Shown here: in pieces, positions 48,001 through 63,041 of the stretch
Layout of the letters: the number at the start of each line of letters is the position of its first letter
Position numbering within the stretch: the stretch's first letter is position 1
Assembly (NCBI GenBank): GCA_032718475.1
Contig: JAUCBJ010002273.1
Location: 62,001 to 126,000 of the forward strand
DNA: 64,000 nt
Direction: 5' to 3'
Source: Nemertoderma westbladi
Taxonomy: Eukaryota > Animalia > Xenacoelomorpha
Position numbers and translations under genes: made by a program
The notes under the pieces: model-generated
The model's database searches: none
The model's input: only the letters and a program-made list of their open reading frames with translations
Told to the model about the DNA's origin: nothing

Positions 48001-51000
48001 TACCTGCACTCTCTACTGTATCTATAGTACCCTTATACTATACCTGCACTCTCTACTGTATCTATAGTACCCTTATACTATACCTGCACTCTCTACTGTA
48101 TCTATAGTACCCTTATACTATACCTGCACTCTCTACTGTATCTATAGTACCCTTATACTATACCTGCACTCTCTACTGTATCTATAGTACCCTTATACTA
48201 TACCTGCACTCTCTACTGTATCTATAGTACCCTTATACTATACCTGCACTCTCTACTGTATCTATAGTACCCTTATACTATACCTGCACTCTCTACTGTA
48301 TCTATAGTACCCTTATACTATACCTGCACTCTCTACTGTATCTATAGTACCCTTATACTATACCTGCACTCTCTACTGTATCTATAGTACCCTTATACTA
48401 TACCTGCACTCTCTACTGTATCTATAGTACCCTTATACTATACCTGCACTCCTACTGTATCTATAGTACCCTTATACTATACCTGCACTCTCTACTGTAT
48501 CTATAGTACCCTTATACTATACCTGCACTCTCTACTGTATCTATAGTACCCTTATACTATACCTGCACTCTCTACTGTATCTATAGTACCCTTATACTAT
48601 ACCTGCACTCTCTACTGTATCTATAGTACCCTTATACTATACCTGCACTCTCTACTGTATCTATAGTACCCTTATACTATACCTGCACTCTCTACTCCAT
48701 CTATAGTACCCTTATACTATACCTGCACTCTCTACTGTATCTATAGTACCCTTATACTATACCTGCACTCTCTACTGTATCTATAGTACCCTTATACTAT
48801 ACCTGCACTCCTACTGTATCTATAGTACCCTTATACTATACCTGCACTCTCTACTGTATCTATAGTACCGTTATACTATACCTGCACTCTCTACTGTATC
48901 TATAGTACCCTTATACTATACCTGCACTCTCTACTGTATCTATAGTACCCTTATACTATACCTGCACTCTCTACTGTATCTATAGTACCCTTATACTATA
49001 CCTGCACTCTCTACTCCATCTATAGTACCCTTATACTATACCTGCACTCTCTACTTCCATCTATAGTACCCTTATACTATACCTGCACTCTCTACTGTCC
49101 ATCTATAGTACCCTTATACTATACCTGCACTCTCTACTGTATCTATAGTACCCTTATACTATACCTGCACTCTCTACTGTATCTATAGTACCCTTATACT
49201 ATACCTGCACTCTCTACTGTATCTATAGTACCCTTATACTATACCTGCACTCTCTACTGTATCTATAGTACCCTTATACTATACCTGCACTCTCTACTGT
49301 ATCTATAGTACCCTTATACTATACCTGCACTCTCTACTGTATCTATAGTACCCTTATACTATACCTGCACTCTCTACTGTATCTATAGTACCCTTATACT
49401 ATACCTGCACTCTCTACTGTATCTATAGTACCCTTATACTATACCTGCACTCTCTACTGTATCTATAGTACCCTTATACTATACCTGCACTCTCTACTGT
49501 ATCTATAGTACCCTTATACTATACCTGCACTCTCTACTGTATCTATAGTACCCTTATACTATACCTGCACTCTCTACTGTATCTATAGTACCCTTATACT
49601 ATACCTGCACTCTCTACTGTATCTATAGTACCCTTATACTATACCTGCACTCTCTACTGTATCTATAGTACCCTTATACTATACCTGCACTCTCTACTGT
49701 ATCTATAGTACCCTTATACTATACCTGCACTCTCTACTGTATCTATAGTACCCTTATACTATACCTGCACTCTCTACTGTATCTATAGTACCCTTATACT
49801 ATACCTGCACTCTCTACTCCATCTATAGTACCCTTATACTATACCTGCACTCTCTACTGTATCTATAGTACCCTTATACTATACCTGCACTCTCTACTGT
49901 ATCTATAGTACCCTTATACTATACCTGCACTCCTACTGTATCTATAGTACCCTTATACTATACCTGCACTCTCTACTGTATCTATAGTACCGTTATACTA
50001 TACCTGCACTCTCTACTGTATCTATAGTACCCTTATACTATACCTGCACTCTCTACTGTATCTATAGTACCCTTATACTATACCTGCACTCTCTACTGTA
50101 TCTATAGTACCCTTATACTATACCTGCACTCTCTACTCCATCTATAGTACCCTTATACTATACCTGCACTCTCTACTTCCATCTATAGTACCCTTATACT
50201 ATACCTGCACTCTCTACTTCCATCTATAGTACCCTTATACTATACCTGCACTCTCTACTGTATCTATAGTACCCTTATACTATACCTGCACTCTCTACTG
50301 TATCTATAGTACCCTTATACTATACCTGCACTCTCTACTGTATCTATAGTACCCTTATACTATACCTGCACTCTCTACTGTATCTATAGTACCCTTATAC
50401 TATACCTGCACTCTCTACTGTATCTATAGTACCCTTATACTATACCTGCACTCTCTACTGTATCTATAGTACCGTTATACTATACCTGCACTCTCTACTC
50501 CATCTATAGTACCCTTATACTATACCTGCACTCTCTACTGTATCTATAGTACCCTTATACTATACCTGCACTCTCTACTCCATCTATAGTACCCTTATAC
50601 TATACCTGCACTCTCTACTGTATCTATAGTACCCTTATACTATACCTGCACTCTCTACTGTATCTATAGTACCCTTATACTATACCTGCACTCTCTACTG
50701 TATCTATAGTACCCTTATACTATACCTGCACTCTCTACTGTATCTATAGTACCCTTATACTATACCTGCACTCTCTACTGTATCTATAGTACCGTTATAC
50801 TATACCTGCACTCTCTACTGTATCTATAGTACCCTTATACTATACCTGCACTCTCTACTGTATCTATAGTACCCTTATACTATACCTGCACTCTCTACTG
50901 TATCTATAGTACCCTTATACTATACCTGCACTCTCTACTGTATCTATAGTACCCTTATACTATACCTGCACTCTCTACTGTATCTATAGTACCCTTATAC

Positions 51001-54000
51001 TATACCTGCACTCTCTACTGTATCTATAGTACCCTTATACTATACCTGCACTCTCTACTGTATCTATAGTACCCTTATACTATACCTGCACTCTCTACTG
51101 TATCTATAGTACCCTTATACTATACCTGCACTCTCTACTGTATCTATAGTACCCTTATACTATACCTGCACTCTCTACTCCATCTATAGTACCCTTATAC
51201 TATACCTGCACTCTCTACTGTATCTATAGTACCCTTATACTATACCTGCACTCTCTACTGTATCTATAGTACCCTTATACTATACCTGCACTCTCTACTG
51301 TATCTATAGTACCCTTATACTATACCTGCACTCTCTACTCTATAGTACCCTTATACTATACCTGCACTCTCTACTGTATCTATAGTACCGTTATACTATA
51401 CCTGCACTCTCTACTGTATCTATAGTACCCTTATACTATACCTGCACTCTCTACTGTATCTATAGTACCCTTATACTATACCTGCACTCTCTACTGTATC
51501 TATAGTACCCTTATACTATACCTGCACTCTCTACTGTATCTATAGTACCCTTATACTATACCTGCACTCTCTACTCTATAGTACCCTTATACTATACCTG
51601 CACTCTCTACTGTATCTATAGTACCGTTATACTATACCTGCACTCCCTACTGTATCTATAGTACCCTTATACTATACCTGCACTCTCTACTGTATCTATA
51701 GTACCCTTATACTATACCTGCACTCTCTACTCCATCTATAGTACCCTTATACTATACCTGCACTCTCTACTGTATCTATAGTACCCTTATACTATACCTG
51801 CACTCTCTACTGTATCTATAGTACCCTTATACTATACCTGCACTCTCTACTGTATCTATAGTACCCTTATACTATACCTGCACTCTCTACTGTATCTATA
51901 GTACCCTTATACTATACCTGCACTCTCTACTGTATCTATAGTACCGTTATACTATACCTGCACTCTCTACTGTATCTATAGTACCCTTATACTATACCTG
52001 CACTCCCTACTGTATCTATAGTACCCTTATACTATACCTGCACTCTCTACTGTATCTATAGTACCCTTATACTATACCTGCACTCTCTACTGTATCTATA
52101 GTACCCTTATACTATACCTGCACTCTCTACTCCATCTATAGTACCCTTATACTATACCTGCACTCTCTACTGTATCTATAGTACCCTTATACTATACCTG
52201 CACTCTCTACTGTATCTATAGTACCCTTATACTATACCTGCACTCTCTACTGTATCTATAGTACACTTATACTATACCTGCACTCTCTACTGTATCTATA
52301 GTACCCTTATACTATACCTGCACTCTACTGTATCTATAGTACCCTTATACTATACCTGCACTCTCTACTGTATCTATAGTACCGTTATACTATACCTGCA
52401 CTCTCTACTGTATCTATAGTACCCTTATACTATACCTGCACTCTCTACTCCATCTATAGTACCCTTATACTATACCTGCACTCTCTACTCCATCTATAGT
52501 ACCCTTATACTATACCTGCACTCTCTACTCCATCTATAGTACCCTTATACTATACCTGCACTCTCTACTGTATCTATAGTACCCTTATACTATACCTGCA
52601 CTCTCTACTGTATCTATAGTACCCTTATACTATACCTGCACTCTCTACTCCATCTATAGTACCCTTATACTATACCTGCACTCTCTACTGTATCTATAGT
52701 ACCCTTATACTATACCTGCACTCTCTACTTATCTATAGTACCCTTATACTATACCTGCACTCTCTACTGTATCTATAGTACCCTTATACTATACCTGCAC
52801 TCTCTACTGTATCTATAGTACCCTTATACTATACCTGCACTCCCTACTGTATCTATAGTACCCTTATACTATACCTGCACTCTCTACTCCATCTATAGTA
52901 CCCTTATACTATACCTGCACTCTCTACTGTATCTATAGTACCCTTATACTATACCTGCACTCTCTACTGTATCTATAGTACCCTTATACTATACCTGCAC
53001 TCTCTACTGTCATCTATAAGTACCCTTATACTATACCTGCACTCTCTACTGTATCTATAGTACCCTTATACTATACCTGCACTCTCTACTGTATCTATAG
53101 TACCCTTATACTATACCTGCACTCTCTACTGTATCTATAGTACCCTTATACTATACCTGCACTCTCTACTGTATCTATAGTACCCTTATACTATACCTGC
53201 ACTCTCTACTGTATCTATAGTACCCTTATACTATACCTGCACTCTCTACTGTATCTATAGTACCCTTATACTATACCTGCACTCTCTACTGTATCTATAG
53301 TACCCTTATACTATACCTGCACTCTCTACTGTATCTATAGTACCCTTATACTATACCTGCACTCTCTACTGTATCTATAGTATCCTTATACTATACCTGC
53401 ACTCTCTACTGTATCTATAGTACCCTTATACTATACCTGCACTCTCTACTGTATCTATAGTACCCTTATACTATACCTGCACTCTCTACTGTATCTATAG
53501 TACCCTTATACTATACCTGCACTCTCTACTGTATCTATAGTACCCTTATACTATACCTGCACTCTCTACTGTATCTATAGTACCCTTATACTATACCTGC
53601 ACTCTCTACTCCATCTATAGTACCCTTATACTATACCTGCACTCTCTACTGTATCTATAGTACCCTTATACTATACCTGCACTCTCTACTGTATCTATAG
53701 TACCCTTATACTATACCTGCACTCTCTACTGTATCTATAGTACCCTTATACTATACCTGCACTCTCTACTGTATCTATAGTACCCTTATACTATACCTGC
53801 ACTCTCTACTGTATCTATAGTACCCTTATACTATACCTGCACTCTCTACTGTATCTATAGTACCCTTATACTATACCTGCACTCTCTACTGTATCTATAG
53901 TACCCTTATACTATACCTGCACTCTCTACTGTATCTATAGTACCCTTATACTATACCTGCACTCTCTACTGTATCTATAGTACCCTTATACTATACCTGC

Positions 54001-57000
54001 ACTCTCTACTGTATCTATAGTACCCTTATACTATACCTGCACTCTCTACTGTATCTATAGTACCCTTATACTATACCTGCACTCTCTACTGTATCTATAG
54101 TACCCTTATACTATACCTGCACTCTCTACTGTATCTATAGTACCCTTATACTATACCTGCACTCTCTACTTCCATCTATAGTACCCTTATACTATACCTG
54201 CACTCTCTACTCCATCTATAGTACCCTTATACTATACCTGCACTCTCTACTGTATCTATAGTACCCTTATACTATACCTGCACTCTCTACTGTATCTATA
54301 GTACCCGTATACTATACCTGCACTCTCTACTGTATCTATAGTACCCGTATACTATACCTGCACTCTCTACTGTATCTATAGTACCCTTATACTATACCTG
54401 CACTCTCTACTGTCATCTATAGTACCCTTATACTATACCTACACTCTCTACTCTCATCTATAGTACCCTTATACTATACCTGCACTCTCTACTGTATCTA
54501 TAGTACCCTTATACTATACCTGCACTCTCTACTGTATCTATAGTACCCTTATACTATACCTGCACTCTCTACTGTATCTATAGTACCCTTATACTATACC
54601 TGCACTCTCTACTGTATCTATAGTACCCTTATACTATACCTGCACTCTCTACTGTAACTATAGTACCCGTATACTATACCTGCACTCTCTACTGTAACTA
54701 TAGTACCCTTATACTATACCTGCACTCTCTACTGTATCTATAGTACCCTTATACTATACCTGCACTCTCTACTGTATCTATAGTACCCTTATACCTATAG
54801 TACCCTTATACTATACCTGCACTCTCTACTGTATCTATAGTACCCTTATACTATACCTGCACTCTCTACTGTATCTATAGTACCCTTATACTATACCTGC
54901 ACTCTCTACTGTATCTATAGTACCCTTATACTATACCTGCACTCTCTACTGTATCTATAGTACCCTTATACTATACCTGCACTCTCTACTGTATCTATAG
55001 TACCCTTATACTATACCTGCACTCTCTACTGTATCTATAGTACCCTTATACTATACCTGCACTCTCTACTGTATCTATAGTACCCTTATACTATACCTGC
55101 ACTCTCTACTGTATCTATAGTACCCTTATACTATACCTGCACTCTCTACTGTATCTATAGTACCCTTATACTATACCTGCACTCTCTACTGTATCTATAG
55201 TACCCTTATACTATACCTGCACTCTCTACTGTCATCTATAGTACCCTTATACTATACCTGCACTCTCTACTGTATCTATAGTACCCTTATACTATACCTG
55301 CACTCTCTACTGTATCTATAGTACCCTTATACTATACCTGCACTCTCTACTGTATCTATAGTACCGTTATACTATACCTGCACTCTCTACTGTATCTATA
55401 GTACCCTTATACTATACCTGCACTCTCTACTGTATCTATAGTACCCTTATACTATACCTGCACTCTCTACTGTATCTATAGTACCCTTATACTATACCTG
55501 CACTCTCTACTCCATCTATAGTACCCTTATACTATACCTGCACTCTCTACTGTATCTATAGTACCCTTATACTATACCTGCACTCTCTACTGTATCTATA
55601 GTACCCTTATACTATACCTGCACTCTCTACTGTATCTATAGTACCCTTATACTATACCTGCACTCTCTACTGTATCTATAGTACCCTTATACTATACCTG
55701 CACTCTCTACTGTATCTATAGTACCCTTATACTATACCTGCACTCTCTACTTCCATCTATAGTACCCTTATACTATACCTGCACTCTCTACTGTATCTAT
55801 AGTACCCTTATACTATACCTGCACTCTCTACTGTATCTATAGTACCCTTATACTATACCTGCACTCTCTACTGTATCTATAGTACCCTTATACTATACCT
55901 GCACTCTCTACTGTATCTATAGTACCCTTATACTATACCTGCACTCTCTACTATCTATAGTACCCTTATACTATACCTGCACTCTCTACTGTATCTATAG
56001 TACCCTTATACTATACCTGCACTCTCTACTGTATCTATAGTACCCTTATACTATACCTGCACTCTCTACTGTATCTATAGTACCCTTATACTATACCTGC
56101 ACTCTCTACTCCATCTATAGTACCCTTATACTATACCTGCATTCTCTACTCCATCTATAGTACCCTTATACTATACCTGCATTCTCTACTCCATCTATAG
56201 TACCCTTATACTATACCTGCATTCTCTACTGTATCTATAGTACCCTTATACTATACCTACACTCTCTACTGTATCTATAGTACCCTTATACTATACCTGC
56301 ACTCTCTACTGTATCTATAGTACCCTTATACTATACCTGCACTCTCTACTGTATCTATAGTACCCTTATACTATACCTGCTCTCTCTACTGTATCTATAG
56401 TACCCTTATACTATACCTGCACTCTCTACTCCATCTATAGTACCCTTATACTATACCTGCACTCTCTACTGTATCTATAGTACCCTTATACTATACCTGC
56501 ACTCTCTACTGTATCTATAGTACCCTTATACTATACCTGCACTCTCTACTGTATCTATAGTACCCTTATACTATACCTGCACTCTCTACTGTATCTATAG
56601 TACCCTTATACTATACCTGCACTCTCTACTGTATCTATAGTACCCTTATACTATACCTGCACTCTCTACTGTATCTATAGTACCCTTATACTATACCTGC
56701 ACTCTCTACTGTATCTATAGTACCCTTATACTATACCTGCACTCTCTACTGTATCTATAGTACCCTTATACTATACCTGCACTCTCTACTGTATCTATAG
56801 TACCCTTATACTATACCTGCACTCTCTACTGTATCTATAGTACCCTTATACTATACCTGCACTCTCTACTGTATCTATAGTACCCTTATACTATACCTGC
56901 ACTCTCTACTGTATCTATAGTACCCTTATACTATACCTGCACTCTCTACTGTATCTATAGTACCCTTATACTATACCTGCACTCTCTACTGTATCTATAG

Positions 57001-60000
57001 TACCCTTATACTATACCTGCACTCTCTACTGTATCTATAGTACCCTTATACTATACCTGCACTCTCTACTGTATCTATAGTACCCTTATACTATACCTGC
57101 ACTCTCTACTGTATCTATAGTACCCTTATACTATACCTGCACTCTCTACTGTATCTATAGTACCCTTATACTATACCTGCACTCTCTACTGTATCTATAG
57201 TACCCTTATACTATACCTGCACTCTCTACTGTATCTATAGTACCCTTATACTATACCTGCACTCTCTACTGTATCTATAGTACCCTTATACTATACCTGC
57301 ACTCTCTACTGTATCTATAGTACCCTTATACTATACCTGCACTCTCTACTTATCTATAGTACCCTTATACTATACCTGCACTCTCTACTGTATCTATAGT
57401 ACCCTTATACTATACCTGCACTCTCTACTGTATCTATAGTACCCTTATACTATACCTGCACTCTCTACTGTATCTATAGTACCCTTATACTATACCTGCA
57501 CTCTCTACTGTATCTATAGTACCCTTATACTATACCTGCACTCTCTACTGTATCTATAGTACCCTTATACTATACCTGCACTCTCTACTGTATCTATAGT
57601 ACCCTTATACTATACCTGCACTCTCTACTGTATCTATAGTACCCTTATACTATACCTGCACTCTCTACTGTATCTATAGTACCCTTATACTATACCTGCA
57701 CTCTCTACTGTATCTATAGTACCCTTATACTATACCTGCACTCTCTACTGTATCTATAGTACCCTTATACTATACCTGCACTCTCTACTGTATCTATAGT
57801 ACCCTTATACTATACCTGCACTCTCTACTCCATCTATAGTACCCTTATACTATACCTGCACTCTCTACTGTATCTATAGTACCCTTATACTATACCTGCA
57901 CTCTCTACTGTATCTATAGTACCCTTATACTATACCTGCACTCTCTACTGTATCTATAGTACCCTTATACTATACCTGCTCTCTCTACTGTATCTATAGT
58001 ACCCTTATACTATACCTGCACTCTCTACTCCATCTATAGTACCCTTATACTATACCTGCACTCTCTACTGTATCTATAGTACCCTTATACTATACCTGCA
58101 CTCTCTACTGTATCTATAGTACCCTTATACTATACCTGCACTCTCTACTCCATCTATAGTACCCTTATACTATACCTGCACTCTCTACTGTATCTATAGT
58201 ACCCTTATACTATACCTGCACTCTCTACTCCATCTATAGTACCCTTATACTATACCTGCACTCTCTACTGTATCTATAGTACCCTTATACTATACCTGCA
58301 CTCTCTACTGTATCTATAGTACCCTTATACTATACCTGCACTCTCTACTGTATCTATAGTACCCTTATACTATACCTGCACTCTCTACTGTAACTATAGT
58401 ACCCTTATACTATACCTGCACTCTCTATTCCATCTATAGTACCCTTATACTATACCTGCACTCTCTACTGTATCTATAGTACCCTTATACTATACCTGCA
58501 CTCTCTACTCCATCTATAGTACCCTTATACTATACCTGCACTCTCTACTGTATCTATAGTACCCTTATACTATACCTGCACTCTCTACTGTATCTATAGT
58601 ACCCTTATACTATACCTGCACTCTCTACTATCTATAGTACCCTTATACTATACCTGCATTCTCTACTCCATCTATAGTACCCTTATACTATACCTACACT
58701 CTCTACTGTATCTATAGTACCCTTATACTATACCTGCACTCTCTACTGTAACTATAGTACCCTTATACTATACCTGCACTCTCTATTCCATCTATAGTAC
58801 CCTTATACTATACCTGCATTCTCTACTCCATCTATAGTACCCTTATACTATACCTGCTCTCTCTACTCCATCTATAGTACCCTTATACTATACCTGCACT
58901 CTCTACTGTATCTATAGTACCCTTATACTATACCTGCACTCTCTACTGTATCTATAGTACCCTTATACTATACCTGCACTCTCTACTATCTATAGTACCC
59001 TTATACTATACCTGCATTCTCTACTCCATCTATAGTACCCTTATACTATACCTACACTCTCTACTGTATCTATAGTACCCTTATACTATACCTGCACTCT
59101 CTACTGTATCTATAGTACCCTTATACTATACCTGCACTCTCTACTGTATCTATAGTACACTTATACTATACCTGCACTCTCTACTGTATCTATAGTACCC
59201 TTATACTATACCTGCACTCTCTACTCCATCTATAGTACCCTTATACTATACCTGCACTCTCTACTGTAACTATAGTACCCTTATACTATACCTGCACTCT
59301 CTATTCCATCTATAGTACCCTTATACTATACCTGCACTCTCTACTGTATCTATAGTACCCTTATACTATACCTGCACTCTCTACTGTATCTATAGTACCC
59401 TTATACTATACCTGCACTCTCTACTGTATCTATAGTACCCTTATACTATACCTGCACTCTCTACTCCATCTATAGTACCCTTATACTATACCTGCACTCT
59501 CTACTGTAACTATAGTACCCTTATACTATACCTGCACTCTCTATTCCATCTATAGTACCCTTATACTATACCTGCACTCTCTACTGTATCTATAGTACCC
59601 TTATAATATACCTGCACTCTCTACTGTATCTATAGTACCCTTATACTATACCTGCACTCTCTACTCCATCTATAGTACCCTTATACTATACCTGCACTCT
59701 CTACTGTATCTATAGTACCCTTATACTATACCTGCACTCTCTACTGTATCTATAGTACCCTTATACTATACCTGCACTCTCTACTGTATCTATAGTACCC
59801 TTATACTATACCTGCACTCTCTACTGTATCTATAGTACCCTTATACTATACCTGCACTCTCTACTCCATCTATAGTACCCTTATACTATACCTGCACTCT
59901 CTACTGTATCTATAGTACCCTTATAATATACCTGCACTCTCTACTGTAACTATAGTACCCTTATACTATACCTGCACTCTCTACTGTATCTATAGTACCC

Positions 60001-62533
60001 TTATACTATACCTGCACTCTCTATTCCATCTATAGTACCGTTATACTATACCTGCACTCTCTATTCCATCTATAGTACCCTTATAATATACCTGCACTCT
60101 CTACTCCATCTATAGTACCCTTATACTATACCTGCACTCTCTACTGTATCTATAGTACCCTTATACTATACCTGCACTCTCTACTGTATCTATAGTACCC
60201 TTATACTATACCTGCACTCTCTATTCCATCTATAGTACCGTTATACTATACCTGCACTCTCTATTCCATCTATAGTACCCTTATAATATACCTGCACTCT
60301 CTACTCCATCTATAGTACCCTTATACTATACCTGCACTCTCTACTGTATCTATAGTACCCTTATAATATACCTGCACTCTCTACTGTATCTATAGTACCC
60401 TTATACTATACCTGCACTCTCTACTGTATCTATGGTACCCTTATACTATACCTGCACTCTCTACTCCATCTATAGTACCCTTATACTATACCTGCACTCT
60501 CTACTGTATCTATAGTACCCTTATAATATACCTGCACTCTCTACTGTATCTATAGTACCCTTATACTATACCTGCACTCTCTACTGTATCTATAGTACCC
60601 TTATACTATACCTGCACTCTCTATTCCATCTATAGTACCGTTATACTATACCTGCACTCTCTATTCCATCTATAGTACCCTTATAATATACCTGCACTCT
60701 CTACTCCATCTATAGTACCCTTATAATATACCTGCACTCTCTACTGTATCTATAGTACCCTTATACTATACCTGCACTCTCTACTGTATCTATAGTACCC
60801 TTATACTATACCTGCACTCTCTATTCCATCTATAGTACCCTTATAATATACCTGCACTCTCTACTGTATCTATAGTACCCTTATACTATACCTGCACTCT
60901 CTACTGTATCTATAGTACCGTTATACTATACCTGCACTCTCTATTCCATCTATAGTACCCTTATAATATACCTGCACTCTCTACTGTATCTATAGTACCC
61001 TTATACTATACCTGCACTCTCTACTGTATCTATAGTACCCTTATACTATACCTGCACTCTCTATTCCATCTATAGTACCGTTATACTATACCTGCACTCT
61101 CTATTCCATCTATAGTACCCTTATACTATACCTGCACTCTCTACTGTATCTATAGTACCCTTATACTATACCTGCACTCTCTATTCCATCTATAGTACCC
61201 TTATACTATACCTGCACTCTCTACTGTATCTATAGTACCCTTATACTATACCTGCACTCTCTACTGTATCTATAGTACCCTTATACTATACCTGCACTCT
61301 CTACTGTATCTATAGTACCCTTATACTATACCTGCACTCTCTATTCCATCTATAGTACCCTTATACTATACCTGCACTCTCTACTGTATCTATAGTACCC
61401 TTATACTATACCTGCACTCTCTACTCCATCTATAGTACCCTTATACTATACCTGCACTCTCTACTGTATCTATAGTACCCTTATACTATACCTGCACTCT
61501 ACTGTATCTATAGTACCGTTATACTATACCTGCACTCTCTACTGTATCTATAGTACCGTTATACTATACCTGCACTCTCTATTCCATCTATAGTACCCTT
61601 ATAATATACCTGCACTCTCTACTCCATCTATAGTACCCTTATACTATACCTGCACTCTCTACTGTATCTATAGTACCCTTATACTATACCTGCACTCTCT
61701 ATTCCATCTATAGTACCCTTATACTATACCTGCACTCTCTACTGTATCTATAGTAACGTTATACTATACCTGCACTCTCTATTCCATCTATAGTACCGTT
61801 ATACTATACCTGCACTCTCTATTCCATCTATAGTACCCTTATAATATACCTGCACTCTCTACTCCATCTATAGTACCCTTATACTATACCTGCACTCTCT
61901 ACTGTATCTATAGTACCCTTATACTATACCTGCACTCTCTACTGTATCTATAGTACCCTTATAATATACCTGCACTCTCTACTGTATCTATAGTACCCTT
62001 ATACTATACCTGCACTCTCTATTCCATCTATAGTACCCTTATACTATACCTGCACTCTCTACTGTATCTATAGTAACGTTATACTATACCTGCACTCTCT
62101 ACTGTATCTATAGTACCCTTATACTATACCTGCACTCTCTACTGTATCTATAGTACCCTTATACTATACCTGCACTCTCTACTGTATCTATAGTACCCTT
62201 ATACTATACCTGCACTCTCTACTCCATCTATAGCACCCTTATACTATACCTGCACTCTCTACTGTATCTATAGTACCCTTATACTATACCTGCACTCTCT
62301 ACTGTATCTATAGTACCCTTATACTATACCTGCACTCTCTACTGTATCTATAGTACCCTTATACTATACCTGCACTCTCTACTGTATCTATAGTACCCTT
62401 ATACTATACCTGCACTCTCTACTCCATCTATAGCACCCTTATACTATACCTGCACTCTCTACTGTATCTATAGTACCCTTATACTATACCTGCACTCTCT
62501 ACTGTATCTATAGTACCCTTACACTATACCTGC
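33068..62533. repeat. 40-bp satellite array (TACTGTATCTATAGTACCCTTATACTATACCTGCACTCTC)n, ~29.5 kb, ~735 units
   Basis: Directly visible, single orientation, no insertions; consensus has 10 A, 12 C, 3 G, 15 T; commonest variant TACTCCATCT. Confidence 0.99.
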
Positions 62534-62899
62534 TATCTACCGTATTTATTTACCTTTGCTGCAAATCTCTTGCAAATATCGACATGAACATCCCAGAACA
62601 AATTAAGTAAATGATAGTCAATTGGAGTGCCGAAGTCATAATTCCAGGAAAATGCTTTTAAACCTATGGATGTTTTATAGGATAAGGTAATTATTAATCT
62701 ATGAAAAAAACATGTTTGAAATTTCTAAATTAATTTATATGAATTCCATCTAATTGCAAACACCAAGAAACCGGTGTAAATCAAAAATAGAGATGTTTCA
62801 AATCATATTTCATGCTATGTAATTTTCAAAAACGTCTCAAAAAAGTGCCAAAAGTAGGGTTGAAAAATGGTGCTATAATAAGAAAACTTCCCAATATTT

Positions 62900-63041
62900 T
62901 GAAAACCGTTTTCACTATTAGGAAGACAGTAGATTTTTAGGAAAAGTCATAAAATTTCAGATTCCCAACTGCGTTTGTTTCTGAATTATAACAAAAAAAC
63001 CACGGGGGGTTATATTGACCCCACGGGTTTAATAGGGTTAA
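62900..63041. mobile_element. Possible right end of a piggyBac-like non-autonomous element
   Basis: Ends GGGGGGTTATATTGACCCCACGGGTTTAATAGGG|TTAA (AGGG terminus at 63037, TTAA at 63038-63041). The partner end was not found and the left coordinate is approximate. Confidence 0.4.

Noticed and set aside
33068-62533. Telomeric repeat or coding repeat
   Set aside because: No TTAGGG/TTAGG units, unique sequence on both sides, and stop codons recur on both strands.
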